Under the pieces are notes generated by a model. That model made no database searches. It was not told the DNA's origin and was given only the letters and a program-made list of their open reading frames with translations. A stretch of DNA of 64,000 bases, from assembly GCA_017543905.1 (NCBI GenBank), contig JAFYFC010000040.1:114824-178823 (forward strand), given 5' to 3'. Position numbers and translations under genes: made by a program. This DNA is from Clostridia bacterium (GTDB lineage Bacteria > Bacillota > Clostridia > Christensenellales > Aristaeellaceae). Positions 51,353-60,954 of the stretch are shown in pieces; position 1 is the first letter of the stretch; every line of letters starts with the position of its first letter.

Positions 51353-51416
51353 TTGTCATACGATGACGCGCAGGAATTGCGCGTTACATTTGTCAGTATA
51401 ATGTCGAGGTAACAGT

Positions 51417-53735
51417 ATGATAGAGATGATCATAAAGCGCGACGGTCGGAAGGTGCCTTTTAATCAGGAAAAAATCAGTGCCGCCATAAACAAGGCGTTT
51501 CAGGCCAGCGGCAGCGCAAAAACGTCAAACGTCGCGGAGGAGCTTGCCCGCCAGGTCGTATCGCGCATAAACGCGGACGAAAGCATAGGCACGCCCACCG
51601 TCGAAGAGGTGCAGGACATAGTCGAGCGCGTGCTGCTCGACAACGGCTTCGTCAATACCGCCAAAAGCTATATAGTCTACCGCGCCGAGCGCAGCCGCGT
51701 AAGGCAGATGAACACGCGCCTCATGCGCATTTACGACGACATCACGAACAAGGCTGCGCGCGACAGCGACATAAAGCGCGAAAACGCCAACATCAACGGC
51801 GACACGGCGATGGGCGCGATGCTCAAATACGGCTCTGAAGGCGCCAAGCAGTTCAACTCCATGTTCATCCTTAAGCCCGAGCACGCCGCGGCGCACAACA
51901 ACGGAGACATCCATATCCACGATATGGACTTCTACACCCTTACCACCACCTGCACGCAGATCGACCTTATAAAGCTGTTCGACGGCGGCTTTTCGACCGG
52001 TCACGGCGTGCTCAGGGAGCCGAACGACATTTCGTCCTATTCCGCGCTCGCCTGCATCGCCATTCAGGCCAACCAGAACGATCAGCATGGCGGTCAGAGC
52101 ATAGTCAATTTCGACTACTCCATGGCGGAAGGCGTAAAAAAGACGTTCATAAAGCGCTACCGCGACAACATGGTGCGCGCGCTCGAGCTCAGATGCGGCA
52201 TGGAGGACGCGAGCACTCCCGTAAAGGCGTACATGCAGGCGCTTGCAGACAAGGGCCTCAAGCCCACGCTCGTCGCCCGGCCCGAGTTCGCCGAAGCAGA
52301 AAAAGAAGAGCTCCTTAAGCTGGGCGTATCCGGGGACGAGATCGCGACGCTGCAGGCGTTCGCGCACAAAAAAGCCGAAAAGGAGACCGACCGCGCCACA
52401 TATCAGGCGATGGAAGCGCTGGTGCACAACCTGAACACCATGAACTCCCGCGCGGGCGCTCAGGTACCCTTCTCCTCCATAAACTACGGAACCGACACCT
52501 CCGACGAAGCGCGCATGGTTATGAAAAACCTGCTGCTCACCACCGAGGCGGGCCTCGGTCACGGCGAAACGCCCATATTCCCTATACAGATATTCCGCGT
52601 GAAGGAAGGCGTGAACTACAATCCCGGAGATCCGAACTACGATCTGTTCAAGCTCGCGATGCGCGTGAGCGCCAAGCGTCTGTTCCCGAACTTCTCGTTC
52701 CAGGACGCTCCGTACAACCTGCAGTACTATAAGCCCGGACATCCGGAGACCGAAATAGCCTACATGGGCTGCCGCACGCGCGTTATCGGAAACGTCTACG
52801 ATCCCACGCGGCAGATCTCGAACGGACGCGGCAATCTTTCCTTCACCTCTATAAACCTGCCCCGCATAGCGATAAACGCGAACCACAATATAGACCTGTT
52901 CTTCCGCGAGCTGGACAGGATGCTGGATCTTGCGATAGATCAGCTTACGGAGAGATTTGCGATACAGTGCAAAAAGAAGGTGCGTAACTTCCCCTTCCTG
53001 ATGGGACAGGGCGTATGGCTGGACAGCGAGAAGCTGGACTGGGACGACGAGGTCGGCGAGGTACTCAAGCACGGCACGCTTTCGGTCGGCTTCATAGGTC
53101 TTGCCGAAACCCTGAAGGCGCTGATCGGCGAGCATCACGGCGAAAGCGAGCACGCACAGAATCTGGGGCTTGAGATAATCCAGTACATGCGCAAAAAGAT
53201 GGACGATACCAGCAAGGCGCGCGGGCTGAACTACACGCTGCTGGCTACCCCCGCGGAGGGACTGTCGGGCCGCTTCGTGCGCATCGACCGCGAAAAGTAC
53301 GGCTCCATACCCGGCGTAACGGACAGGGATTACTACACCAACTCCTTCCACATCCCGGTATACTACAACATCTCCGCCATCAAGAAGATAAAGCTCGAAG
53401 CGCCGTATCACGCTCTTACGAACGCGGGCCACATCTCCTACGTCGAGATGGACGGCGATCCCACGCAGAACCTTGAAGCGTTTGAAAAAATCGTGCGCGT
53501 GATGAAGGAAAGCGGCATAGGCTACGGCTCGATTAACCACCCCGTCGACCGCGACCCCGTATGCGGCTTCAACGGCATAATCGGCGACAGCTGCCCCTCC
53601 TGCGGCAGAAGCGAGGGCGACGTGCACTTCGAGCGCATACGCCGCATAACCGGCTATCTGGTGGGCACGATGGACAAGTGGAACAACGCAAAACGCGCCG
53701 AGGAGCACGACCGCGTCAAACACACCGTGGAATAA
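51417..53735 (+). CDS. nrdD: Anaerobic ribonucleoside-triphosphate reductase (class III) with N-terminal ATP-cone
   Basis: 772 aa: ATP-cone IIKRDGRKVPFNQEKI, C-terminal zinc site CPSCG and glycyl-radical motif RRITGYLVG. Confidence 0.95.
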   Translation: MIEMIIKRDGRKVPFNQEKISAAINKAFQASGSAKTSNVAEELARQVVSRINADESIGTPTVEEVQDIVERVLLDNGFVNTAKSYIVYRAERSRVRQMNTRLMRIYDDITNKAARDSDIKRENANINGDTAMGAMLKYGSEGAKQFNSMFILKPEHAAAHNNGDIHIHDMDFYTLTTTCTQIDLIKLFDGGFSTGHGVLREPNDISSYSALACIAIQANQNDQHGGQSIVNFDYSMAEGVKKTFIKRYRDNMVRALELRCGMEDASTPVKAYMQALADKGLKPTLVARPEFAEAEKEELLKLGVSGDEIATLQAFAHKKAEKETDRATYQAMEALVHNLNTMNSRAGAQVPFSSINYGTDTSDEARMVMKNLLLTTEAGLGHGETPIFPIQIFRVKEGVNYNPGDPNYDLFKLAMRVSAKRLFPNFSFQDAPYNLQYYKPGHPETEIAYMGCRTRVIGNVYDPTRQISNGRGNLSFTSINLPRIAINANHNIDLFFRELDRMLDLAIDQLTERFAIQCKKKVRNFPFLMGQGVWLDSEKLDWDDEVGEVLKHGTLSVGFIGLAETLKALIGEHHGESEHAQNLGLEIIQYMRKKMDDTSKARGLNYTLLATPAEGLSGRFVRIDREKYGSIPGVTDRDYYTNSFHIPVYYNISAIKKIKLEAPYHALTNAGHISYVEMDGDPTQNLEAFEKIVRVMKESGIGYGSINHPVDRDPVCGFNGIIGDSCPSCGRSEGDVHFERIRRITGYLVGTMDKWNNAKRAEEHDRVKHTVE

Positions 53736-53742
53736 GCAGGAT

Positions 53743-54249
53743 ATGGATATAAGAATCGCGGGGCTGGTCGACGATTCCATAGTGGACGGCCCCGGCTTCA
53801 GGCTCGCAGTATTCACGCAGGGCTGCCCGCATAATTGTCCCGGCTGCCACAATCCCGAGACGCACGATTTCGCAGCCGGAAAAACGGACGATACCGAGCG
53901 TATCATTTCGGTAATGCGCGAAAACGCGCTGCTGGACGGCGTGACGCTGACCGGCGGCGATCCGTTCTGCCAGAGTCTGCCCTGCGCGCTTATCGCGGAA
54001 GCCGCGCACGAAAGCGGGCTGAACGTATGGGCCTACAGCGGCTGGACGTTCGAAGAGCTTATGAAGAAGGCAGACGCCGACGCAAGCGTCATGCGCTTTC
54101 TGAAAAGCACAGACGTGCTCGTGGACGGCCCATTCATACTAAGCGAACGCACGCTCGAACTGCGCTTCCGCGGCAGCCGCAATCAGCGTCTGATAGACGT
54201 GCCCGCCTCGCTGGCAGCGGGACGTGCGGTCAGCAAGGAAAACGCGTAG
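53743..54249 (+). CDS. nrdG: Anaerobic ribonucleotide reductase activating protein (radical SAM)
   Basis: 168 aa: FTQGCPHNCPGCHNPET cluster motif. Confidence 0.9.
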   Translation: MDIRIAGLVDDSIVDGPGFRLAVFTQGCPHNCPGCHNPETHDFAAGKTDDTERIISVMRENALLDGVTLTGGDPFCQSLPCALIAEAAHESGLNVWAYSGWTFEELMKKADADASVMRFLKSTDVLVDGPFILSERTLELRFRGSRNQRLIDVPASLAAGRAVSKENA

Positions 54250-54265
54250 ACAAGCACACGAAACT

Positions 54266-54291
54266 CCGCCCGCATCGCGGGCGGTTTTTTT
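54266..54291 (+). terminator. Intrinsic terminator after nrdG
   Basis: CCGCCCGC-ATC-GCGGGCGG followed by TTTTTTT. Confidence 0.85.
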
Positions 54292-54849
54292 ACAGACGAT
54301 TGAGCTTCCTTCATAAAATATCCATGCCGCTTTTTGAAACGGCGGCGCAGTGCCGCAGCGTCACATGAATGCTGCCATATTTCATTTGATTGCAGAGCAG
54401 ACGAGTGGGTGTGTTCGTTTTAGTCTGCCCCAGTATTTGAACAGCAGACAAAACGCCATAGGCAGCGCCGGCTGCGTCTGCAGCGGTCAGCAGCGGCCCA
54501 TGCGCGCGCCAGACTTTAGGAATCTCTGATTAATTCGGCGGCACATCCGGCGGTGCCTTTTCCGCCATCTACTTCTTGCAAATTCTTTGATTTACCTCCA
54601 GTAAACCTTCAGAATTTGCAATCGTATCTGACGAAAAATTCACTCGCCGGCTGACCATCTCATTTAATCAGTGGTTCCTTTGTTTTATGCCCAGAAACAG
54701 CCCGGCAGCTCGCAGTCGCAGCGGGCGCTTCCCTTCACTCGCTGGAAATCGCACTCATCAAGTTAATTTTCTGTTATCCGGCAAAATGCCGTGCTTTTAT
54801 TGTCTGTGCACGCTATACTATAAAAAAACGAGTGAAGGCAGGTCGGCTC

Positions 54850-56976
54850 ATGAAGGAAAACAGACTGTATTACGACGCGCCCGCACAGGACTGGCACGAG
54901 GCGCTGCCGCTGGGGAACGGACGTCTCGGAATGATGGTGTTCGGCGGCATCAGCGAAGAACACGTTCAGCTGAACGAAGAAAGCGTATGGTCGGGCTGGG
55001 AATGTCCGGAATACAACAATCCGCATACGTACGAGCATCTGGAAGAGATCCGGCGTCTCGTTTTTTCCGGCAAGTACAGCTCCGCCCAGGAGTTATGCGA
55101 TAAATACCTGGTCTGCCGCGGGCTCGGACATAACGATATAACCGGTGCCTTCGGCTCCTACCAGACGGCCGGAGATCTGTACATACAGCTGCCCGAAGCG
55201 CACGCGCAGGAATACAGCCGCGAGCTTATACTGGACGAGGGCCGCGCGGAGGTCTGCTTTAGCGGCGTCAAGCGCGAATACATCGTTTCGTATAAATACA
55301 ATACCGCCGCGATAAAGCTGCCGGGAGTACGGGACGCGCGCGTCAGGTACGAGAGGCAGAATGCCGCCGTCATAGAAGGCGACGGCGAGATAAGCGCGCG
55401 CGCGTTTCTGCCCACGGAATTCGCGCTGCTCGTCAAATACGAATATGCGCCGGACGCTATGTACATATATATAACCGCCGCGACCTCGTATAAAACAGAC
55501 GAAAAACCGATGGCCGCATGCAGGCGGACGCTCGCCCGCGCAATGGAAGCCGGTTACGAGCGTCTGAAGGCCGAAACGAAGGATTACTTCACCGAAATGC
55601 TGGGACGCGCCGGCGTGAGCTTTGGCGTGTCCGGCACGAAGGCGGGCGTGCCGACCGACAAGCGCATACTCGCGCCGGAGGACGATCCTGAACTCGCTGA
55701 ATTGTATTTCAATTACGGGCGGTATCTGCTGATCGCCTCCTCGCGCGGAAAGCTGCCCGCAAATCTGCAGGGCATCTGGTGCAAGGATTACAGGCCCGCC
55801 TGGAGCGCGGACTACCACATCAACATAAACATACAGATGAATTACTGGTTCGCGGAGCAGGTGAACCTGCCGGAGCTGATGGAGCCGTTTTTTGATCTGA
55901 TCAGGCTCATAGCCAAAAGCGGAGAAACGACCGCGCGCGAAATCTATCACTGTCCGGGCTGGGCGGCGCATTTCGATACGAATCCATGGGGATACACGGC
56001 GCTTGGCCTGAACCCCTTATACGGAGCGTTCGTGACCGCCGGAGCATGGTGTCTGAGGCACGTAAAGGAAAGATACCTATTCAGCTGCGATACAGGCATA
56101 CTGCGGGAATTCTATCCGATAATCAGGGGCGCGTGCGAATTCTTCCTTGCGTATCTGTGCACGGATCCGCGCACGGGGTATCTGGTCGCCGCGCCCGCAA
56201 GCTCGCCCGAAAACACCTTCGTAAGCCCCGAGGACGGCAGGAGGATAAACATCTGCGCAGGCACCGCGATAGATACGAGCATAATACGGGAGCTGTTCAC
56301 ATTCGCGGCGGACACCATGCGCATGTTATCGCTCGACTCAGAGCTTGCCGGAAAAATCTCTGCCGCGCTTAAAAAGCTGCCCCCGCTTAAAACTGGCAGG
56401 CACGGTCAGGTCGTGGAATGGAACGAGGACTTCGAGGAATACGAGCCCGGACACAGACACATGTCCCAGCTTTACGGCCTGTACCCCGCAAACGAAATTA
56501 CGTCCGCAGAGCCGGAGCTGTTTGCTTCTGCCAAACGCACGATAGCGCGCAGGCTCGCTCACGGCGGAGGCCATACGGGCTGGAGCCGCGCATGGATAAT
56601 AAACTTTTTCGCCCGACTCAGGGACGGCGAAAACGCGCACCGCAATCTGCTCGCGCTGTTTTAAAACAGCACGCTGCCGAATATGTTCGACAACCATCCC
56701 CCATTCCAGATAGACGGCAACTTCGGCGGCACGGCAGGCATAGCGGAAATGCTTATGCAAAGCCACGAGGGCTTTATACACATACTGCCCGCGCTTCCAA
56801 GCGCATGGCCTGACGGCGTATTTTACGGCTTGCGCGCGCGCGGCGGCTTCAGCGTGTCCGCAAAGTGGAAACAAGGCCGCGTGACGGAGCTGCGCGTCGA
56901 GGGCAGGCCCGGACAGAAGGGACGCGTGCGCTTTAACAAACGCGAAGAAGAATTCGAGGGCAGCTTCTGCCTGTGA
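54850..56976 (+). pseudogene. Glycoside hydrolase family 95 (alpha-L-fucosidase-like) interrupted by one in-frame TAA at 56662-56664
   Basis: Track ORFs 54832..56664 and 56683..56976 are in the same frame (56683-56665=18). N-terminal LYYDAPAQDWHEALPLGNGRLGMMVFGG and the fragment after the stop, ..[42 protein letters not shown], together form one GH95-like protein. Confidence 0.7.
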
Positions 56977-57060
56977 CGCACTGCACGCAAGGGCAAGTAA
57001 AGAGCGATACCGCGCCTTTAAGTACCCTGCACTGCTTATCAAATAAAACACAGTAAAATT

Positions 57061-57090
57061 TGCACCCGCATTTCGCCTAATGCGGGTGCA
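57061..57090. terminator. Hairpin between convergent GH95 and sigma-factor genes
   Basis: GCACCCGCATT-TCGCC-TAATGCGGGTGC (11 bp). The flanking A/T tracts are short, so terminator function is uncertain. Confidence 0.45.
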
Positions 57091-57117
57091 AAGCATAAGA
57101 GAATCCTTGATCTGTTT

Positions 57118-57597
57118 TCAGTCCGAAAACTGCTCTCTGAGCAGCATGAGCGCGTTTTGGTGGCGGAGCTTCACTGCGCCGTAGCTCAGGTTCATCATCT
57201 CCGCGATTTCGGTTAGCGGCTTGCCGTCATAGTATCTGAGCACTATGATATCGCGCAGCTGCTCGGGGAGCTTTGTAAGCGCGTTTGCAAGCTGCGTAAG
57301 CGTCTCGCTGTTTAGAAGTCCCTCGTCTACCCCGCTATCGTCCACAAGATTCTCGTCAAGCTCGCTACCCGGTCTGCCGCGGCGGAAATGGTCTATTACC
57401 GTGTTGCGCGTTATCGTGAACACCCAGGTGCTGACGCTCGCTTTAGTATCGTCGAACGTGGATAAACGCCGCATTATTTTTTCGAACACGTCCGCGCATA
57501 AATCCTCAGCGTCCGCGTGATTGTTCACGCGCGCCGAAATGTATCCCATCACCTTGCCCTTGTACTGTGCGTATATTTGAGCGATATCCGGAGTCAT
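57118..57597 (-). CDS. ECF-type sigma-70 family RNA polymerase sigma factor
   Basis: 159 aa: region 2 EDLCADVFEKIMRRL..STWVFTITRNTVIDHFRR and region 4 LPEQLRDIIVLRYYDGKPLTEIAEMMNLSYGAVKLRHQNAL. Confidence 0.85.
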   Translation of the reverse strand: MTPDIAQIYAQYKGKVMGYISARVNNHADAEDLCADVFEKIMRRLSTFDDTKASVSTWVFTITRNTVIDHFRRGRPGSELDENLVDDSGVDEGLLNSETLTQLANALTKLPEQLRDIIVLRYYDGKPLTEIAEMMNLSYGAVKLRHQNALMLLREQFSD

Positions 57598-57788
57598 TTA
57601 AGCTTATCGTCCGCTTCGGGCAGTTTTTTGCCGACTTCAGGCGCGCCCGCGGCTGTGACCAAGTCCAGCTCTTCGTCCGTCAGCATCCGCGCGCCGTAAC
57701 GACGGTGCACGGAATCTATAACGCTTTGAAGCGCAGGATTGGACTCAAATTTCTGATAATCGAACAGGCTTTTGAGCTTTTTTTCCAT
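57594..57788 (-). CDS. Small protein (64 aa) translationally coupled to the sigma factor
   Basis: I prefer ATG 57788 (RBS AGGAGG 6 nt upstream): MEKKLKSLFDYQKFESNPALQSVIDSVHRRYGARMLTDEELDLVTAAGAPEVGKKLPEADDKLK. Its stop overlaps the sigma ATG (ATGA). Confidence 0.6.
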   Translation of the reverse strand: MEKKLKSLFDYQKFESNPALQSVIDSVHRRYGARMLTDEELDLVTAAGAPEVGKKLPEADDKLK

Positions 57789-57870
57789 TTTTTGCCTCCT
57801 TTTCCTCATACTTCATATGTATATACGCACGTCTGAGGCATATGTCAGGCTCAGTGATTCAGACAGGGAT

Positions 57871-57899
57871 ATTTTAACACGTATGAAGTGCGATTGCAA
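57871..57899 (-). promoter_or_regulatory. Promoter TTGCAA-17-TAAAAT for the small-ORF/sigma operon
   Basis: Minus-strand hexamers at 57899-57894 and 57876-57871. Confidence 0.55.
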
Positions 57900-57931
57900 T
57901 ACATCCGTAAAGATTATTTCTGTATGTATGT

Positions 57932-58747
57932 TCAGCGCGTGCTGTCAATAAAGCCGAGCTGCGGCTGCGGCTGCGGTTCCGAAAGCGGCTTTTTTTCCAC
58001 GCCGCCCTTCGTTAGTATGCTGTTTATAAACGCGCGGGTACGTTCGCGCGCGGGATTATTAAAGAAATCCTCGGACGACGCGGTTTCGATCACCTCGCCC
58101 TTATCCATGAACAGCACCTTATTCGAGACGCTGCGCGCGAATTCCATCTCGTGCGTTACGACTATCATCGTCATGCCGTCGTCTGCGAGCGAACGCATCA
58201 CGTTAAGCACCTCGCCTATCAGCTCCGGGTCCAGCGCGCTGGTGGGTTCGTCGAAGTATATTATTTCCGGCTTGGCAGCCAGCCCTCGCGCTATCGCCAC
58301 GCGCTGCTGCTGACCGCCTGACAATTGCGACGGATACGCGTTCAGCTTATCGGCCATGCCCACGCGCTCAAGCGCCGAAAGCGCGGCTTCTTTTGCAAGC
58401 GCCCGCGGCATGCCGAGACCGTGCACGAGTCCCAGCATTACATTCTTAAGTACGGTTTTGTTAAGAAACAGGTTATAGTTTTGAAATACGAACGCCGTTT
58501 TCCTGCGCACTGCGGCAATGTCGCGCTTTTTGATACTGTGCATGTCGTATACATTCCCGTCGAACACCATTTGGCCGCTGTCCGCCCGTTCGAGGAAGTT
58601 TATGCAGCGGAGAAACGTCGTTTTGCCTGAGCCAGAGGGCCCGAGTATCGCGACCACGTCCCCTTTGTCCACCGACAGGCTAACGCCCTTCAGCACTTCT
58701 CCGTCCTTGCCGAAGCTCTTGCGGACGTCCTTTATCTCAAGCATCAT
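57932..58747 (-). CDS. Amino acid ABC transporter ATP-binding protein
   Basis: I prefer ATG 58747 (MMLEIKDVRKSF..). GPSGSGKTT, LSGGQQQRVAIARGL, IIYFDEPTSALD. ATGA overlap with the permease stop. The longer track ORF to 59248 is rejected. Confidence 0.9.
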   Translation of the reverse strand: MMLEIKDVRKSFGKDGEVLKGVSLSVDKGDVVAILGPSGSGKTTFLRCINFLERADSGQMVFDGNVYDMHSIKKRDIAAVRRKTAFVFQNYNLFLNKTVLKNVMLGLVHGLGMPRALAKEAALSALERVGMADKLNAYPSQLSGGQQQRVAIARGLAAKPEIIYFDEPTSALDPELIGEVLNVMRSLADDGMTMIVVTHEMEFARSVSNKVLFMDKGEVIETASSEDFFNNPARERTRAFINSILTKGGVEKKPLSEPQPQPQLGFIDSTR

Positions 58748-59415
58748 CTGGCACCTCCGTAAGCGCCCAGCAGCTTTTCGCCCAGGCGCTGCAAAAGCGT
58801 CAGCAGCGAGCAGAACACAAGGTATATCAGCGCGACCTCTATATACAGCGGCAGCACCTCGTAATGCCTGCCGATTATGTCGAGCGCCTCCTTGAACATA
58901 TCCACCACAGTTATCGCGGACACTATCGACGTGCCCTTGACCATCGAGATCAGCGAATTTGCAAACGACGGGAATACCGTGCGCAGCGCCTGCGGAAGTA
59001 TCACGTGCCACATCGTGGAGGTATAACTCATGTTTACGCAGTAGCCGGCCTCGAGCTGCCCGGAGGGCACGGATTCCAGCGCGCCGCGCATCGCTTCCGC
59101 CATGTACGCGCCTTCGTTTAAGCCGAACACGAGCACGCCTGTCGGAAACGGATCGAGCACTATTCCGACGTCGGGCAGCCCGTAGAATACCAGATACAGC
59201 TGGACCATGAGCGGCGTGCCGCGGATTATCCAGATATACACCCGGCACAGATCTTTGAGCACGGGCACCTTGGCGTACTGTATCATCGCAACCAGCACTG
59301 AAATCAAAAGCGCCAGCAAAAATGAAAGCGCCGTCAGGGGCAGCGTTACATTGACGAACGCCTTAAGCAGGAACGGCAGCGCGTCCTTTACTATGGCAAG
59401 CTGTCGGGCGGTCAT
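58744..59415 (-). CDS. Amino acid ABC transporter permease (HisM/GlnP-type)
   Basis: I prefer ATG 59415 (MTARQLAIV..), with an ATGA overlap with the M20 stop. IRGTPLMVQLYLVFYGL, EAMRGALESVPSGQLEAG (EAA loop). Confidence 0.85.
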   Translation of the reverse strand: MTARQLAIVKDALPFLLKAFVNVTLPLTALSFLLALLISVLVAMIQYAKVPVLKDLCRVYIWIIRGTPLMVQLYLVFYGLPDVGIVLDPFPTGVLVFGLNEGAYMAEAMRGALESVPSGQLEAGYCVNMSYTSTMWHVILPQALRTVFPSFANSLISMVKGTSIVSAITVVDMFKEALDIIGRHYEVLPLYIEVALIYLVFCSLLTLLQRLGEKLLGAYGGAR

Positions 59416-60818
59416 GCGTGCAGGCTCTCCTCCATACATGTAGTTTCCATGAGTTCAGTTATAACCCTTATGCCCTGCGCGAACGCTCGTACCGATATGC
59501 GCTCGTTCGTGCCGTGGACTCCCTCCGCGGAAATCTCTTCTTCCTCGAGGAAGGGCCCAAAGCGCAGGCAGCAGCGGCTAATCTGCTCGTATGAACGGCA
59601 GTCCGTCGCGCCTTTGTTCTGCGCGGGTATGAATATAAGGCGGTCAAAGTAATGCTCAAGTACCATTCTGAGCGTTTTGAAGCCGAGGCTGTCCGTTTCG
59701 GACGGACGCGACGCGCCGATCTGCTGATCCCAATTAAGCTCGCATTCAGGCGGTATCAGCTTTTTTATATGCGCAAGTACGCTTTCCGGCGTATCCTGCG
59801 GCGCGAAGCGCAGGTTTATAACAGCGTACATATCCTGCGGCAGTACGTTCGCGGCGGGCGAACCGCCGTTTATGACGGTCGGCGCGATAGTAGTGCTCAC
59901 CTGATGATACAAGGACCGCTTCGTCATGAAATAATCAAGCAGCTCGTTTTCGTATAAGTCTGTATCGTTTACCCATGTGCGCAGCGGCTCTTCTGATATA
60001 TAAGGGGTAAGCAGCTTGAGCGCGTCTTTTAGAGCAGCGTTCAATTTCGGCGGCGGGGGATTTTCGACTATCGCAGCGATGGCCCGCGCGAGCGTTCCAA
60101 GCGACGTGCCGCCGAAGGGGTCTGACGAGTGTCCGCCCCGCGAGCGCACGCCTATGCGCAGATCCCCGTAGCCCTTTTCGTATATGCCGATCGGGCAGAC
60201 GAGCGCGCCCGGAGCGCCGTAATCAGCGGCGTCTGTCACCTCGCCCGCGCCTTCGTCCAGCACGTATTCCGCTTCGATACCGCGGTTTTTGAGTATGTCG
60301 CTTATGCGGCGCGCGCCGCAGCTGAGCGTCTCCTCGTCCTCGGCAAAGGCAAATATAATGCTTCGCGCCGGAGTTTTGCCGCGCGAAAGCAAATATTCCG
60401 CCGCCTCGAGATGCGCGATCAGCATTTGCTTTATGTCCATCGCGCCGCGTCCCCAGATGTAGCCCTCCGCGAGGTCGCCATTAAATGGCTCATGCCGCCA
60501 GTTTTGAAACGTGCCGGGCTTTACGGGCACCACGTCCTGATGCGCCATGAATACTGCGGGCTTAAGCCCTTCGTCGCTGCCCGGCAGGGTTATAAGCAGG
60601 GAGTACCCCGTGGTTTCCCACGTCGCAGCGGAAACGATGCGCGGATACGCGCGCTTAAGCACGTCGTGCAGCCTGTCAAACTCACTGTAATCGGTTTTCG
60701 CCGTGTCGGTATAGCTTACCGTTTTACAGCGAAGCGCCTGCCGCAGATGCTCGACAGCGTCCGCAACAGGCAAATCCGGATAATCTGTTTCGTTGATGAA
60801 CAAATCCGCGTTGGACAT
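59412..60818 (-). CDS. M20 family metallopeptidase (dipeptidase/carboxypeptidase-like)
   Basis: I prefer ATG 60818 (MSNADLF..). MAHQDVVPV, GRGAMDIKQ, FAEDEE, GATDCR. 468 aa. Confidence 0.8.
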   Translation of the reverse strand: MSNADLFINETDYPDLPVADAVEHLRQALRCKTVSYTDTAKTDYSEFDRLHDVLKRAYPRIVSAATWETTGYSLLITLPGSDEGLKPAVFMAHQDVVPVKPGTFQNWRHEPFNGDLAEGYIWGRGAMDIKQMLIAHLEAAEYLLSRGKTPARSIIFAFAEDEETLSCGARRISDILKNRGIEAEYVLDEGAGEVTDAADYGAPGALVCPIGIYEKGYGDLRIGVRSRGGHSSDPFGGTSLGTLARAIAAIVENPPPPKLNAALKDALKLLTPYISEEPLRTWVNDTDLYENELLDYFMTKRSLYHQVSTTIAPTVINGGSPAANVLPQDMYAVINLRFAPQDTPESVLAHIKKLIPPECELNWDQQIGASRPSETDSLGFKTLRMVLEHYFDRLIFIPAQNKGATDCRSYEQISRCCLRFGPFLEEEEISAEGVHGTNERISVRAFAQGIRVITELMETTCMEESLHA

Positions 60819-60954
60819 GTTTTCCCCAAATTCACTGAAAAAGTCGTCGCACAAGGGCAAAAGCCCGGAGAGACCAGGATGGGCCGCATACAGCAATCGA
60901 ATGAAGCACGGCCTTATTTAAAACGAGGGGCTGCGCCGGCAGCCCCTTCAGGCT

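Noticed and set aside
51525-53906. 793-aa ORF on the minus strand, one of the longest in the track
   Set aside because: It is exactly antisense to nrdD/nrdG. Its translation is Arg/Ala/Val/Gly-rich with no motif, whereas the plus-strand frames carry unmistakable NrdD (ATP-cone, RITGY glycyl radical) and NrdG motifs. This is a typical high-GC antisense artefact.
56662-56664. Stop-codon reassignment or programmed read-through as the explanation for the in-frame TAA in GH95
   Set aside because: TAA terminates many well-supported genes in this same window, and no recoding signal is evident. A nonsense mutation or a sequencing error is the simpler explanation.
57932-59248. 438-aa ORF suggesting an ABC ATPase with a 167-aa N-terminal extension
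   Set aside because: The extension is the out-of-frame overlap with the permease gene. The ATPase starts at ATG 58747 (MMLEIKDV..), forming an ATGA overlap with the permease stop.
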